The notes under the pieces were generated by a model. The model did no database searches and had not been told where the DNA came from. It saw nothing but the letters and a program-made list of their open reading frames with translations. A stretch of 63,546 bases of DNA, the filler included, from Stramenopiles sp. TOSAG23-6 (Eukaryota), in the NCBI GenBank assembly GCA_900128565.1. It is 10 parts of 10 records of this genome, joined end to end, with 100 filler letters (N's around TTAATTAATTAA, not from the genome) between each part and the next. Parts side by side here need not be neighbours in the genome. Positions count along the whole stretch, not along the records: positions 20,917 to 27,772 come from LT636638.1; positions 27,873 to 34,726 come from LT636639.1; positions 34,827 to 41,660 come from LT636640.1; 7 more parts are not named here. The stretch is one strand, 5' to 3'. Below are positions 24,351 to 37,906 of the stretch, in pieces; the first letter of the stretch is position 1, and the number at the start of each line of letters is the position of its first letter. Position numbers and translations under genes: made by a program.

Positions 24351-25748
24351 CTATACAGTCTCAGTGACTCTTAATCGACTAGTATTTGATTGTTCTACAC
24401 GTGGTTGCTGTGTCGCAGTATATAAACGCTCAATTGTTCTACCAACTGGGTTGATTCCTCTTGGAGCTGACTTTATCAGTAATTCAATCGGTAGAAATAC
24501 CATTCGATTATTGCATAAACCGACACTAAACCCAGAGAAACCAGCAAGAGCACCATGTACCGCATTCTGTGCAAGCATCATACAGTAATAAGAGTCGAAA
24601 GCATTTGCTTCTACTGAACGAATCATGTAGGAAGGATCAATATATTTAATAGTTACATCGCGTTCCTTGCTTTTAAAATGAGATTGTATTTTTTTCTTGA
24701 TCCAGATACCAATCGGTGGTAAAGAAGGTTGTGTACCATCAGCGTCTGTCTTGTGACTTTGTTCATTTAAATTTAAAAGTTTTTCACCAGCACCTTCAGC
24801 TACAACAACAACAGCATGTCCCTTTTTCTCTAGACAATTTTCAAGATGAGTGAGAAAATTAGTTTTCGATTTTACATCCGCATCAACTTTTAATTCAGGG
24901 ATAAGACAAAGATCAACATCAGGACCATCCGCAAGAGTAGCATGAACTGCTATAAAACCACTATGTCTTCCCATCAGCTTGACAATACCAATGCCGTTTG
25001 GTGCACAGGACGCCTCTACGAATGCACAGCGAATTGCTTCTGCTGCTTGTTCAACTGCGGTTTGAAAACCAAAGCTTCTATCAATTATAGGTAGGTCGTT
25101 ATCAATAGTTTTAGGAATACCTGCTATAGAACACACATAATTGTCTCGACTAAGTCTTTTATGTAAAGAAAGTGCACCACGATGAGTTCCATCACCACCG
25201 ATTATATATACATTATTAATGCCTTTTTCTTTAATAAAAGAAACAATCTTATCTTCGTCAAATCCACCTCTTGATTGACCTAGAATCGAACCTGGGCGAC
25301 GATGTGATTGCGAAAATGTGGGATCCGTTGCATCTAATTCAACAGGGGGGTCTGAAGTATTATGAAACCCTCGAAAACCGTGACGAATACCAAAGACTGT
25401 CGGAACACCGTACGTGATTTTTAAAGTATTAACGAGGTTCTGTATGATGTCATTTACACCCGGGCAGAGACCACCACATGAAACGATACAAGCTCGTACA
25501 TTTATCGGTGAAAAATATAGCGTAGGACGCGGACCAGCCCTTATATAAGCGCTACAATTTTTTTCGGCGGGTGTAGAAAATGTTCGTACGACGTCAGCAA
25601 GGACGTATTGTTTATCAATTATATTTGCCCAATCTTCGCCATTCGCCCTTTTGTTTGGTACATTTTCAGAGGAGGTTTGAAATAAAAGTGGCACTTTTTC
25701 TATCTTTACATCACAATTGAATGATATTGACTCTTCAAATGAAGTCAT
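24351..25748 (-). CDS. PFK: 6-phosphofructokinase, plant/protist ATP-dependent type
   Basis: AGPR, IVSCGGLCPG, GGDGTHRGA, PKTIDND, VKLMGRHSGFIA, KYIDPSYMIRS. Confidence 0.93.
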   Translation of the reverse strand: MTSFEESISFNCDVKIEKVPLLFQTSSENVPNKRANGEDWANIIDKQYVLADVVRTFSTPAEKNCSAYIRAGPRPTLYFSPINVRACIVSCGGLCPGVNDIIQNLVNTLKITYGVPTVFGIRHGFRGFHNTSDPPVELDATDPTFSQSHRRPGSILGQSRGGFDEDKIVSFIKEKGINNVYIIGGDGTHRGALSLHKRLSRDNYVCSIAGIPKTIDNDLPIIDRSFGFQTAVEQAAEAIRCAFVEASCAPNGIGIVKLMGRHSGFIAVHATLADGPDVDLCLIPELKVDADVKSKTNFLTHLENCLEKKGHAVVVVAEGAGEKLLNLNEQSHKTDADGTQPSLPPIGIWIKKKIQSHFKSKERDVTIKYIDPSYMIRSVEANAFDSYYCMMLAQNAVHGALAGFSGFSVGLCNNRMVFLPIELLIKSAPRGINPVGRTIERLYTATQQPRVEQSNTSRLRVTETV

Positions 25749-26135
25749 TCTAGTTTTTAAGAAAAATGATCTTCCTTACCTTAAATTATTTGACAGAAGT
25801 TCACCGAACAAGTGAGAAAGTGTCATACCTATATACAAAATATCGATATTTGACCGCTGACTGCACACGAAAAATCGACAAATCGGTTCAAATACACAAC
25901 ACAAACCTGTTTTGTTGCAGAAATTGTTTTTTCTTCACCCACATAAATAAAAAAACTTTGCGCGCGCTAAACACACACTACCTCTCTTCTTCGTTGAGCT
26001 CCTCAAAATTTTACACTTAACACTAATAAATTCGAGCCAATTCGTGACATAGTTTAAAGTATCAACACTACCGATTATCATTAGAATGTATCAGCATACA
26101 CCTTAAGAAAAACAGTTAAAGCATATATCAATAAT

Positions 26136-27772
26136 ATGGCAGTTGATTCTCTTCCTGAATATTCTCAGGCTGCGGAAATAACTGAACAAAGACCAGAACA
26201 TCGTCGGCTACCAATAGACGATATACACGAGAGGTTCCGACAAAATTCAATTGATTTTGTGAAATCTTCTAATTACCAAGATCCTCAACATGACTATACA
26301 CCGGATGCTATGAGTAACCACAGAAATTTAAGTGCTCAAGACGAGTGCTACGGGAGTATAGCGTACCCAAGATATCCTCAACTCTACAGTTTGACAAACA
26401 ACTCATGTTTACCACAACGCGCGATATACAATGACGTAGAATCCATTCAGAAATTACGTGTACTTGCCCACAAGTGTATATTGGCTTATATTATTGAACG
26501 TGAATCTAATGGAGTCGTCACAGAGCAAGCCACTTTGGGCCAAGTTTTGCGCAAAGAAATTGGTTGTAATTGGAAGGCACGTCTGAACATCAAACGATTA
26601 GCGTCTTTTATTGAAAATATGGAGTATTTAGGTTTGGTGAGAACTGAGCGAGTCCTAAATCTATCATATGTCTCTGTTAATGCAAACATTTCTGCTTTAC
26701 AACAACACAAAAAAATACCACTCAGAAATTTATATGATATGACAAATTCAGACATTAGTTTGTTGAGTCGTTCTACTGTCCTTCGCACGAAACACGACGA
26801 AGAGATTTTTAATAAAAATCCAGACAAATCGAGGAATTTCACGAAATTATGTAATTTTGGTAAAAAATGTAAACGTGATGTTTGTTTATTTGCTCATTCT
26901 TTACAATCACTGACTCCTATAAAATGTATTTTTGAGAGTAAATGTCGAAATCGAAATTCCAAGACACAACCATGTACGTTTCCAACATTAATTAATTTTT
27001 TTTTGGTATGAAATGTTGTACCTAACAAATTTCAAATTTTACATACTTTTTACTCACACATGTGTTTTCATACACAGTGATGAAACAAAAATTGAATACG
27101 TGACTCGGATTATGAATGGACGAGATCTACCCCCTGGGATTTGTTGTACTGTACCCATTCACCGCCAAGTTCAACTTCGAAGTACCGTATTGAACAATCT
27201 TACCATAGCAGAAAATATTTCAACATCATCCTCTGCCATCAATGGACAGTCTACTCTTTCCAATGTAATGCCAAAAACATATGGTATCAATGGACAGTCT
27301 ACTCTTTCCAATGTAATGCCAAAAACATATGGTAAAGAGAATAATCCGTGTATTTCCAATGTAATACCAAAAACATATGGTAAAGAGAATAATCCGTGTA
27401 ATACCAAAGTCAATTTATACAATTTTGATGAACGATGCTATGAAATGAGAAAAAAAGAATATTACTCGAGTCCAAAACATTCAAATGAACATTCAAACAA
27501 GCATTCAAATAAACATTCAAATGAAGAAAATGAAAATGAACATTTTAATGAAGAAAATTCAAATGAACATTTTAATGAAGAAAATGTTAATGAAGAAAAT
27601 GTCAATGAAAAAAATGTCAATGAAAAAAATGTAATTGATCAAAATCCAAATGAACATGCATGCTTGTCGCGTCAAAGCCAATCGTTGGTGGTATCAAACA
27701 GACAAATAAAAAACACAGTTGAACGATTCGAATTTAGCAACCAATCAACACATGGCAGATTTCTTGAATTTC
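26136..27772 (+). CDS. Tandem CCCH zinc-finger protein, 2 exons visible, 3' partial
   Basis: TKLCNFGKKCKRDVCLFAH. The second finger CIFESKCRNRNSKTQP|CVFIH is completed only by removing intron 26974-27061. Confidence 0.8.
26974..27061 (+). mobile_element. Family intron, GT-AT (AT/AT)
   Basis: Completes the CCCH finger (P|CVFIH). Confidence 0.88.
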
Positions 27773-27872
27773 NNNNNNNNNNNNNNNNNNNNNNNNNNNN
27801 NNNNNNNNNNNNNNNNTTAATTAATTAANNNNNNNNNNNNNNNNNNNNNNNNNNNNNNNNNNNNNNNNNNNN

Positions 27873-28312
27873 TTGTTACAAATATAACTACAACAAAGAA
27901 TATCTTGATAGAATAATGATTATTCATAAGATGGAATTGCAGGCTGAGAGAGATCAAATGGATAATTGTGAGTCAAACAGAGGCAGAAGAGCTAGGAGTA
28001 AAATGGAGAGAAGACATGCAAGCAACCATCACGCGAATGAATGAAATGAATATACAGCTCAGGATAAAGACTCAGGGAACAAAGGTGTTCAAGAAAAAGC
28101 TGACAGAAGAAGAAGCAATAGCGCTAGCTGAACCAAAAGGTAGGCAAACGATGGAAAGCTGGAAACTAGAATATGCCAATGAGAAAAGGGGGGATGTACT
28201 CTGGTGGGAAAAACGGATACAGCAGGAGAAAGAGACGGTAGTAAGAGAAATGGTGGAGACACCAGAGTTATACCAGGACACAGTAGAAAGGCTAAGATTA
28301 AATTTTTATTGA
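27873..28312 (+). CDS. Fragment of a hypothetical Glu/Lys-rich helical protein
   Basis: Purine-rich ORF near the contig start with no recognised motif. Confidence 0.35.
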
Positions 28313-28542
28313 TTGAAAATAAAGACGAATCAGGTGTGACATGAACAGCAGGCTGGTGGCGTGAAACCCTAACAGGATAAGCCAACAGAGCTGCTCATGT
28401 TCACATCTATTCAGAATTCATCATCATAAATTTACTGAAGTTAACAATTATTGGACATATTAGAAAAATGAAAAGATATGAACAATAGCAAAACCTAAAT
28501 ATTCATTATAATAAAGTATTTTTGCCATTTCATCAACATTAT

Positions 28543-31500
28543 TTAACTATTATCAATATCTGAATTATCAATATCTGAATGTTTACGCTTTCGATTTTTA
28601 CCGTTTTGTTTCTCTTGTATTGCCTTAACATCAACATTTAAATGTTCCAGAATATCTTCAGCATCATAATAATACAAAAGAAGATGCTCGATACCTTTGG
28701 AAAAATCAAATAATTTTGAAGTCATACTCCCATTCTTGTACATTGGTAAGCATTTATATTTTGCATCGCCATGATTGAAAAAAGAACAATAAGCCTTTAC
28801 AAGACAATGACAACCAAAACAGAGGAATTCGGGGATATCATACGGTTTAAAATGGTTGGCCAATCTATGTAGACAATGATAAACAATATGTCCTGATTCA
28901 AACTCAGATAAAGAATCTTTTGAAATATTCTTTAGATCTTCTGTAATAGTATTGAAAATACTTTCAAGGATACTACTCCGAGACTCAGATTTGACTTTCT
29001 GATCACAAAATGAGTAAATTCCACTCAATATGGAGAGACCACTTTGTTCACCAGTACAAACAGTGAAATAGTTGTCGTAAAGTTCATCTATCTCAAAACT
29101 TAACTCTAATGAAAATGCAAAGTAAAATAGCAAGTGTTGAATCTCCACATGTGATATATTTTCACCTTCAATCTTTAATAGACCAGCAACTGCTTTGATA
29201 ACAGTTTTACATTTTTCTTTAGGATTCGTAATCCCTGTAACAGTTTCGATATACCAATCATTTGTGATATTTTCAATTACAAATTCCAATAATTCTGATG
29301 CATTTTCTTTTACTTCTAATTTTTTAGCAAATTTAGAACTAAATCGACGTGCTCGAGATCCACGAATAACATTATTACGTTTCAATTTTAGGGCTTCAAT
29401 ACTTAATAGGAGGTTTATTCCACAGGTTATGTAGGATTTCTCTTTTTTATAAATACAATTTTCATGATGGAATTGATCATAACTATCTTCTATGTTATTA
29501 AATCCAAATTTATCAAAATCACTTTTTGAGTTAATTCCATCTGAGAAATTGAAACAATCTAATCCAAATATTGATATAATTATAACAAACAAGAGCTTAT
29601 GAAGTTCACTACATGTTCTATTGTCTGGATAAATACAAACTTGTCCAATTGTATCACTAATTAAATCAAAATCTCGACAAAATTGTGGTACATCTGAATT
29701 GACAGAGACAGCAATTGCATGTAACAGATCACCATATATTGGGATATTAATATTTGGTTTCCCAATAAATTCTTCTTCTTCATGTTTTTTTGTGTATTTC
29801 ACTGGCATTTCAAAAGTAATTGTTTTATTGATATCATTTTTCTCGTCAACATCAATATAATCTTGATCAATTTTGAGAAGTCGTATTACATGTATTACAC
29901 AATCACCTAAATCACTTAGACTATTGTCATTTATCTTTTCATCGTTTTCACAACAAAAATATGAAAAGTACTTTTGATATACAAATATAGAAAGATATTG
30001 ACCAAATGCTAGATAAAAAACATTACCCACTTCATCAAAGGAATATTGACTAAATGATTCATCTTCGTAGCTTACTTCTTTAATTTTGCGGCGTTTCCTT
30101 TTAAATTTAGAAGTTGAAGGTACAAGAATGTACCGTATGATCTCCTGATCATTTTCATTTCTTTGTATTGTACGAAATGTTGGAAAGAACAATCCACAAA
30201 TTGTCAAGTTTTTGGAATCATTCAATGGACTCTGTCCAAATATTTGAATAGCAGAACCACATTGCTGAGTAGTTGAATGACTTTTGAATACCTCGAACAT
30301 ACCGACATCTTTTTTTTCTGTACCAAACCCCCCAGAGGGTCGTACTAACATTTGAAAATCCATCTCCTCACATGGTGAGTATTTATCATAATTTTCTGAT
30401 ATATCTCTCGTGGCATCAATTTGCAAAAAAATAGATAGAATAGAACATCCATGATTTGGGGAGTACTCATTCAACACACGTAGTGTTGTATTTGGATACA
30501 TGCTGAAACTATTACCACAAAGTTGGACATTTTGTGTTCCACCAAAATTTTGATTTCGTCCTGTTATACCCAGTAGTTTCTTAAAATTTTTATGACATTC
30601 TTCAAAATGATCTGATATACACTTTACCTGTAAGTTATTACTTTGAGAAATGTCATCATTGCCAATTATTTTATTGGAGTCCAACAATATAATAGAATCA
30701 TCTTCTATATCATCATTATTAGAACGAATTTTTAATTTAACAAATTTAAAATTAATTCTTTTGTTTTTTTTCAGTTGAGATATACAAAGATTATATATCT
30801 CAACAGATAGCTCAAGTGATTTACGTCGTACAATAATACTAGCAAATGGGCGTTCTTTTGTTAGAGAATCATTTAATTCATTTTTGAATTTGGTACAAAG
30901 TTGTTGAATTCTGACACACAGTATCTTATTATTAGATTTTAATGTATATACACCTTCACCAGATAAAGGAAATTTTCCTTCAAAAAGATCTAAATATGTT
31001 TGTTTTATGCGGGCATATCGTTGTAATGATCTATTATAAGCTTCGTGTTCATCAATAGTTTCATATGGTATATTCATCTTTCCAACAAACCAGTGAGCAA
31101 CAAGTAAAAATTTTGCAACTAAATGATCAGGGTCAAATCCAATAATGCTTGTCAATAATAAACCCAGATATGATATATACATCAATGACGATTTCTCTCG
31201 GAAATCCCGAGGTATTGGAATGAATCCTAGTTCAGTGAAACCTTGCTTTGAAAATATTTGAAGAAGCTTTTTTCGTTTTTCTGCATTTGACTTTAATACC
31301 TGATTGGGCGAATTCAAAAAAAGATTATCTTTTGAACAAAATGGAGAAGGAGGTAAAAGACCATAGAAAATATAACGAGTTAATCCATTTATGTCCTTTG
31401 CCAAAATACCATTTAATGGTGTGTATAATAAAGGTAACAAATTTACGTTATTATCATTCGAAACAACTTTAACAGTTAATTCTTTAAGAATTTCACATGA

Positions 31501-34500
31501 TATTTCATTATCATTCTGTTGACTTGACAATCTGTTAGGTGAAGGTAACAAATTTTGATTAATTGTGCATTCATCTTTCTCTGGCATTTGATGTTCTAAT
31601 AAATGATAAACAAATTTCAAATTCTTCATAACATCAGATACACAGTTATTTGTTGAAAGTAAATTCAAGTTAAATTCTGTTGCTTTGGCACACTCCAATT
31701 TTGATCTTAACTCAAGGTTTGTTGGAGATTCTTTTTTTTTTGTTGTTCTTTTTTTCTTTGTATTACCATTGGGGCGAATTCCTTGCTGCCAAAGAAGAAA
31801 CTCTCGATACTCTCGGTGAGCTATCATAAAAGCATACGATATCTTATATATATTTGCCTCTACCAGATGACCATTTATTTTGTTGTTGTTTTCTATGAGT
31901 TTGTTTGCATAATTTCTAATATCATCATTACTGAGATTCAATGTACATGACAATGTCTTGAAACAAGTATAGTCTTTGTCCTCAATACCTTTAAAGAAGT
32001 TGTACAGTAATAATGGGTCATGTAAAGCACGAATAGCAAATTCTAATGGCAATGATCGACCAGCAAGTGGTACTCGTCCTCCTACTATAAATTCGTTATC
32101 AACTTTATGGCGATATTTACAACTTTGAAGGTATTTGGATTGATGATGATTCCAAAAAGCAGAAAGTGTAGTTTCGTAAATAGCATATTCACTATCATAA
32201 TCATGAATTAATTTAGCATCAAGTTTACTACCAGGACTTGTCAAAGCAAATATAGTTCGAGGTGCCATTTCATCAACTGATGCAGCAGATATCAATCCTG
32301 ATACACAAACAAGCTGCGTATTTTCAGCTCTTGATTTTAAAGCAATTTCAACTTTATTTTTGATTTCTATATTTTCTATTATATCTACTATTCCTTTTCC
32401 AGTGATTTTCTGTTTTTGACAACGTTGCCGTGAAATAAAGTCATGTACTTTTTGGGTAAGGGTTTGAACAGATATTTCAGGTTTTAGAGGACAGTTTACA
32501 TCTCGGTGAAAATACATTGCAATACACAGAAGCTGTAGATATTGGACTCCTGAAAAAGTTACAGATGGTATATAATCAGGAACAGATGAACAATCTGAAG
32601 ATTTACGAGATTTACGACACTGAAAAACATCACAAGATGTGATTGCTGAAGCAACGAAATTCAATGCATTCTGTCCTAGTTTGTTTGAATTTAATTCATC
32701 CTCAGACATGCAGTCTGATGATCGCAAGAATCCATTACCTTTGATAGAATTATTTTGAAATGCAACAAATGTAATCCCAGATTCAAGTTGTTTTCCAATG
32801 AGATCAAATTCTTTCAAATCTTCATCATGACTAGAATCTCCAGAATTTTCTGCTTTTCTAAAATTTGACATCTTTCTTAATATAGGCTTATCTTTATAGA
32901 TTCTCATTGAACAGCTCCATGGCATGATTAGTCGTCTTGGAATTTCTTCAACAGGAACATCAATATCCAATTTTTCTAAAGCTGTAGCAAATAGATCTTT
33001 CAGTTTGTCATCTACATTGAGTTTCATTGACATCTGATTATTTCGAAGAACTTTCCCGTAATATCCATTTCGAATACCTAACGATTTTATTATATGAAGA
33101 TTGTAAGATAATATGACATTTACATAATGATTTATCATAAATTCATCAATTTCAGGAAGCTTGACATCATTTTCAAGATTGAATTTTTCTAGTATTTCAC
33201 TAAATATTTCTTTGGTTGATACAAAATCACGAGTTTCATAGAAATTATGAAGAGATTCTTCAGTATCACATTTATTGTATAAAAATGAAATTAATAAAAT
33301 GAATGTTTCTTGAAATACCTTTGGGTGATCGATTTCTTCAGATTCACTGAATTCTGATCCTGTCCCCGAAACAATTTCCTTAAGAGGTGTACATTCACGT
33401 TGAAGAAGACCCATCCCGTATCTTTCAAGAAAATTAGAAATTTTACAGTATTTTATACCTGTATCATCATTAGCACCCATTAGAAATACACTTTCAATTA
33501 TTGATGCAATTTCACAATCCTTGTAATCTGGGTGGACAGAAACATGTTCTTCAGAATGTCCAAATCGGATTGAAGGCATATTAATTTGAAAATCACCTTG
33601 CTGAATCGGAAATTTACTATTATAAATATAATTGGATTCTTTTGTCGCCAATGCTTCTAATATTTTTTTTTTAAATATAAGTGTGTTTATTTGACCATTA
33701 TTTGAATAATGATCAATAGATGCATAAACAGCATATCGGTTAATTACAAGAGTCCAATGAGATATTTTAGGGTTAGGTTTTACCCAGTTGGTTGCATTAT
33801 CTCTCATTATATATTTTTGATTAGAATTTCTATTGCGATTCCTATTCAAAAAGGGAACAAATAACTTAGTTGCATTTTCGTATGTTTCATGATATATATT
33901 TTTTATTGATAAATCAGATCCTTTACGTTGCCTAGCATTTCTTAATATTTTGTGAAATTTCAATATTGCAGATGGACCTATGAAATTTTGCCATTTAGTA
34001 GTTTGCATAAATTGTTTCAAAGCATCAGCAGCTTTGTTTAAAATTTCATGGGCGTTATCACTACGTTTTTGGTGTCTTTGTTTTGTTTTCTTCAACTCAG
34101 AAATGTTATTATTAGTATTATCAATAATTGTTTTGGGTGCCAAAGTTTCTATCCATTTATCTACTGTGTAATTGTTATTGGTTTGATTTCCATAATATTC
34201 TTTAAGGGATGTAATCATACCAACAGCTAACATTGTATTATGGGAATCATTGTCTATATCAAAACCATATGTTGATAAATCATGACATAGTTGCATATTT
34301 GCATCTTCGATTTTTTTTATTGATTCGTATGCTTGTATACCAAAATCAATATAATTCTGTTTAATATCATAAGGTACATTTATATCAAATACATCTTCTA
34401 ATTTATTTAAAACTATTTCAACATCAGTTTGAATAATATCATTGTCTTGACAGTTGGGACCTTCCTGGTCCCGCACACCATCACCGGTACCATCATCACC

Positions 34501-34726
34501 ACCAAAAGGACCACTATCACCAGTACCATCATCATTATCACTACCATCACCACCACTATCACCGGTACCATCATCACCACCATAAGCACCACTATCACCG
34601 GTACCATCATCATTACCAGTACTGTTGACAGTGTCAATTGAGTGGTCATGAGAACCTACCTGGTTCACACGGTCCCTCGATTTATCGTTGTCTTGAACAA
34701 TACAGTTGGAACCTTCCTGGCCCCGC
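28543..34726 (-). CDS. Very large intronless orphan ORF (>2040 aa, probably 5' partial) with N-terminal GDDGTGDSG repeats
   Basis: More than 6.1 kb without a stop in AT-rich DNA. No family recognised. Confidence 0.75.
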
Positions 34727-34886
34727 NNNNNNNNNNNNNNNNNNNNNNNNNNNNNNNNNNNNNNNNNNNNTTAATTAATTAANNNNNNNNNNNNNNNNNN
34801 NNNNNNNNNNNNNNNNNNNNNNNNNNGTTAGGTACAAAATTTCGTACGAAAAATAAATTCGAAATTGAAAAAAAAATAAAACGTAC

Positions 34887-36150
34887 ATGTATCTGTAGTT
34901 TTTGAACTTGAACTCGAATTTAAATTTAAATTTGAATTTGAATTTGAATTTTCATTCCCAATTGTTTTACAAATATTTTTCCTCAAAGATCGATTGTCAT
35001 ACAGAATAGAATCGAGTACATACGTATTGTGAAAAAATATTTTTTTGAAAACTTTGATTTTTTTTGTTAGGTACAAAATTTGTTATAAAAAAAAATATAA
35101 GTTTGAAATGAATGATGAAAACCTACATGATAGGGGTATTACATGCTGTATTCGAAGTATAGCCTCTATTGATATTAAATGTCCTCTGATCTGTTGCATT
35201 GCTTTAGATACTGCGTCGATGAAAAGTTTATTTGAACAAATTTGATTTTTTTCACTTTTCGTTTTGCATTTTTTATTTTTTTGTAGCATTTTACCATTTA
35301 AAATTTGATTTTTTTCACTTTTCGTTGTGCCTTTTTTATTTTTTTGTAGCATTTTACCATTTATAGGCGATGTCAATGTTGATAGCCACACAACTGTTGT
35401 AGATGATTGATTGCCACATAATCCTTTATTTATTGCGTTATGTAGGCATTCAGCGATACTTCTTGAAACTACATGAGAACTGCATAAAGTTGAAAAACTA
35501 TCTTGTAAAGATGGATTTACTCGGATACTATTGAAACCCTTGCATTGATTAAGAAAACGACGTTGATCATCTTCATTGTTTGGTAGCGGTGCTACCAGGA
35601 AAGTAATAATGCGACATCGTTCAGCACCTTTTGCACTCCTTATAATAGAACTAATGCTTGTGCCCTCAGCAGCTAAGAGCTCACTTATCTCTTCAGCAAA
35701 CTCAGTACTGGCTCGTTGACCTTTTTCATTGACAATATCTTGAATCATTTGCTTGACATGTTTTGAAAGGTGTACAAGTTTATTGTTGAAAATAGATTGA
35801 ACATCACTTGAGCAGCCCATATTTTTTACATTGGCGTCTTTTTGCCGGCGGGTAGATTCTACAATATTCTTTAACTCAGTTTCAAATAGCTCAACTGTTC
35901 GAATGTCAACAGGTAATATTTCACACTGGGTTCTCCTATCAAACTTTTCGGTAGTAGTGGAATCGACAAATTTATACGACCAATAGCAAGAGACACCACT
36001 CGAAGTGGCACGTGAGTGCAAGTGTGTGAGTACACGCAGAATCCCAGCACAAACGATTTCTACTTGCACTGATTGTACGTCTACAATGAAGGCTGCCACA
36101 AGTTTAGATTTGTTTGCTTCAATAGAAGTCTTGCCAGAACTAGCAGGCAT
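34887..36150 (-). CDS. Treslin/TICRR N-terminal (vWA-like) domain protein, first 2 exons
   Basis: VAAFIVD...GILRVLTHL...WSYKFVDS...FETEL...FLVAPLP parallels my recollection of the Treslin N-terminus (LLLD...ALRLLTYL...WAFKFFDS...FEEEL...FLLAPCP). Confidence 0.65.
35022..35126 (-). mobile_element. Family intron, GT-GT
   Basis: IPLS|YVLDSIL is in frame with the end CACAATACGT. Confidence 0.7.
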
Positions 36151-36604
36151 CTTGACAGGACAAAACTAATAAGTAAGCAAATTTTAAGATTTCGGTGGAA
36201 ACATGAACATAGTCTCTATATTTCTTTTCGTATCAACAAAACAAGGTTGTGTATTCCGACCGTGCAGATGATTGTGAACATCAACTTTTCCAACTTTTCA
36301 TCGTTTTGAATATTTATTTTTTTCATTTTTTTTGACCAGCCGCCAGTAGATTTTTCACATTTTCCGGCATTTTTCGTGGCATCAACCCAAAGCAAATGAA
36401 TGCCATAATTATTATTTTAAAAAATTATGGTGAGTAACAAAAGAAGAAGAAAACTTCTTTTTATGAATATTTATGCAATCCAGCAATGATGAAATTATAA
36501 GTAAAAAAAATAATTATAAAATTTTATAATCAATGCCAAACATTGTTAATCTTTGACTCAATGGGCTCTTTGCCATTTTTTCTTCCCACGAGAACTGTAA
36601 TAGG

Positions 36605-37600
36605 TTAGACTTCATTAGCATGTTCATCATCAGCATTAGCAGCAGCATATGCTTCTGGTATTAATCCTCTGCGATCTCTCACACCTTGTTGAATAAGAAA
36701 TCTTGCAATCTGTGGATGTGATTCTCCCTCTGGGTTACGCATAGCATATTCCAATGCCTGTGTTCCGCCAACAATAGTACCATCTTCTGACTTCAGTAGT
36801 GGTACTAACATTCGTACAATATCTTCCTGGCCTTCTGCTGCAGCTGCTGATAGTGGAGTAAACGTTTGCATAAAAGTTGAGTATTCTCCAGATTCAGCCT
36901 CAATATTGGCACCTTTTTCGGCGAGAAGTTTTAAAACTTCTACATGACCATTCTGTAGAGCCAATGCAAAAGGTCGTTGTTGCCGATGCCATAGATCTTG
37001 ATCTACGAATTCGCCAACTTCCAGTAATGCTTTAACATTATTGATAAGACCAACTTCAGCAGATTCTTGCAAGGGAGTTCGACATTTCTGAGAGGCAGAC
37101 TCGAAAGCTGCGAAAAAGTCACCCCTTCGAACTTTTATCGGATGATACTCTTTGAAGGTCATCGTTGCATATGGATTTCGGTTTGGAACAATCACATGGT
37201 TTTTGATACAATTAATTATATCTCGTGGTAAATCCATACGATTTAGAATCTTCATGAACTCCTTCTTAGTCGGAAGTGGTGACTCAAACTGCTCCTTGTG
37301 TTTGTTCCACAAAAACTCTGCGACTTCGATTGTTGCGGGTGTTTGATTTTCACTAGGTAGAGTTGCAATTGTTAATGGAATCCTTCCGTCTTCATCGGCA
37401 ACATTGATTGAAACTCCTTTCTCAAGCAACCTCTTTGTCTCTTCAAGGTTGCCAACTCGTGCAGCAGCATGCAATTCTCGTATGTCATCCTGGATTTCCT
37501 CCACCTCAGGTTCTGCAGCAGCAGGATTTTCAATGCCCCGCATTGCGCTGATTACAGAAGCAGCCAATAAAATTAATGATGCAGATAGTAAACCTTTCAT
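36605..37600 (-). CDS. Ankyrin-repeat protein with a predicted signal peptide
   Basis: Hydrophobic N-terminus MKGLLSASLILLAASVISA. LHAAARVGN, ALQNGHVEVLKLLAEKGANIE, TPLSAAAAEG. Confidence 0.85.
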   Translation of the reverse strand: MKGLLSASLILLAASVISAMRGIENPAAAEPEVEEIQDDIRELHAAARVGNLEETKRLLEKGVSINVADEDGRIPLTIATLPSENQTPATIEVAEFLWNKHKEQFESPLPTKKEFMKILNRMDLPRDIINCIKNHVIVPNRNPYATMTFKEYHPIKVRRGDFFAAFESASQKCRTPLQESAEVGLINNVKALLEVGEFVDQDLWHRQQRPFALALQNGHVEVLKLLAEKGANIEAESGEYSTFMQTFTPLSAAAAEGQEDIVRMLVPLLKSEDGTIVGGTQALEYAMRNPEGESHPQIARFLIQQGVRDRRGLIPEAYAAANADDEHANEV

Positions 37601-37906
37601 TTTTGTTTAGCTTTATGTAAATACAAACAAACAACTACAGTATCGAATCGAAAACAAAAAATTTACTGGGTCAAAGAAGACAAAAGAACAAAAAAAGAAC
37701 ACTAAAAGAACGATTCCTTTTTTGCTGTGAACATTTAATTGTTACCCGGTACTCATGTAGCGTACTTTCTTTTTTTCATACGCAATTTTGTACCTAACGT
37801 TCTTTTTTAAATGTACCACACAAATTTATTTCAATGTATATAATAAAGAACAACTCAGAAACAGAATACAAACAGTGACAATAATACAAGAAATACAAAG
37901 AAAATA

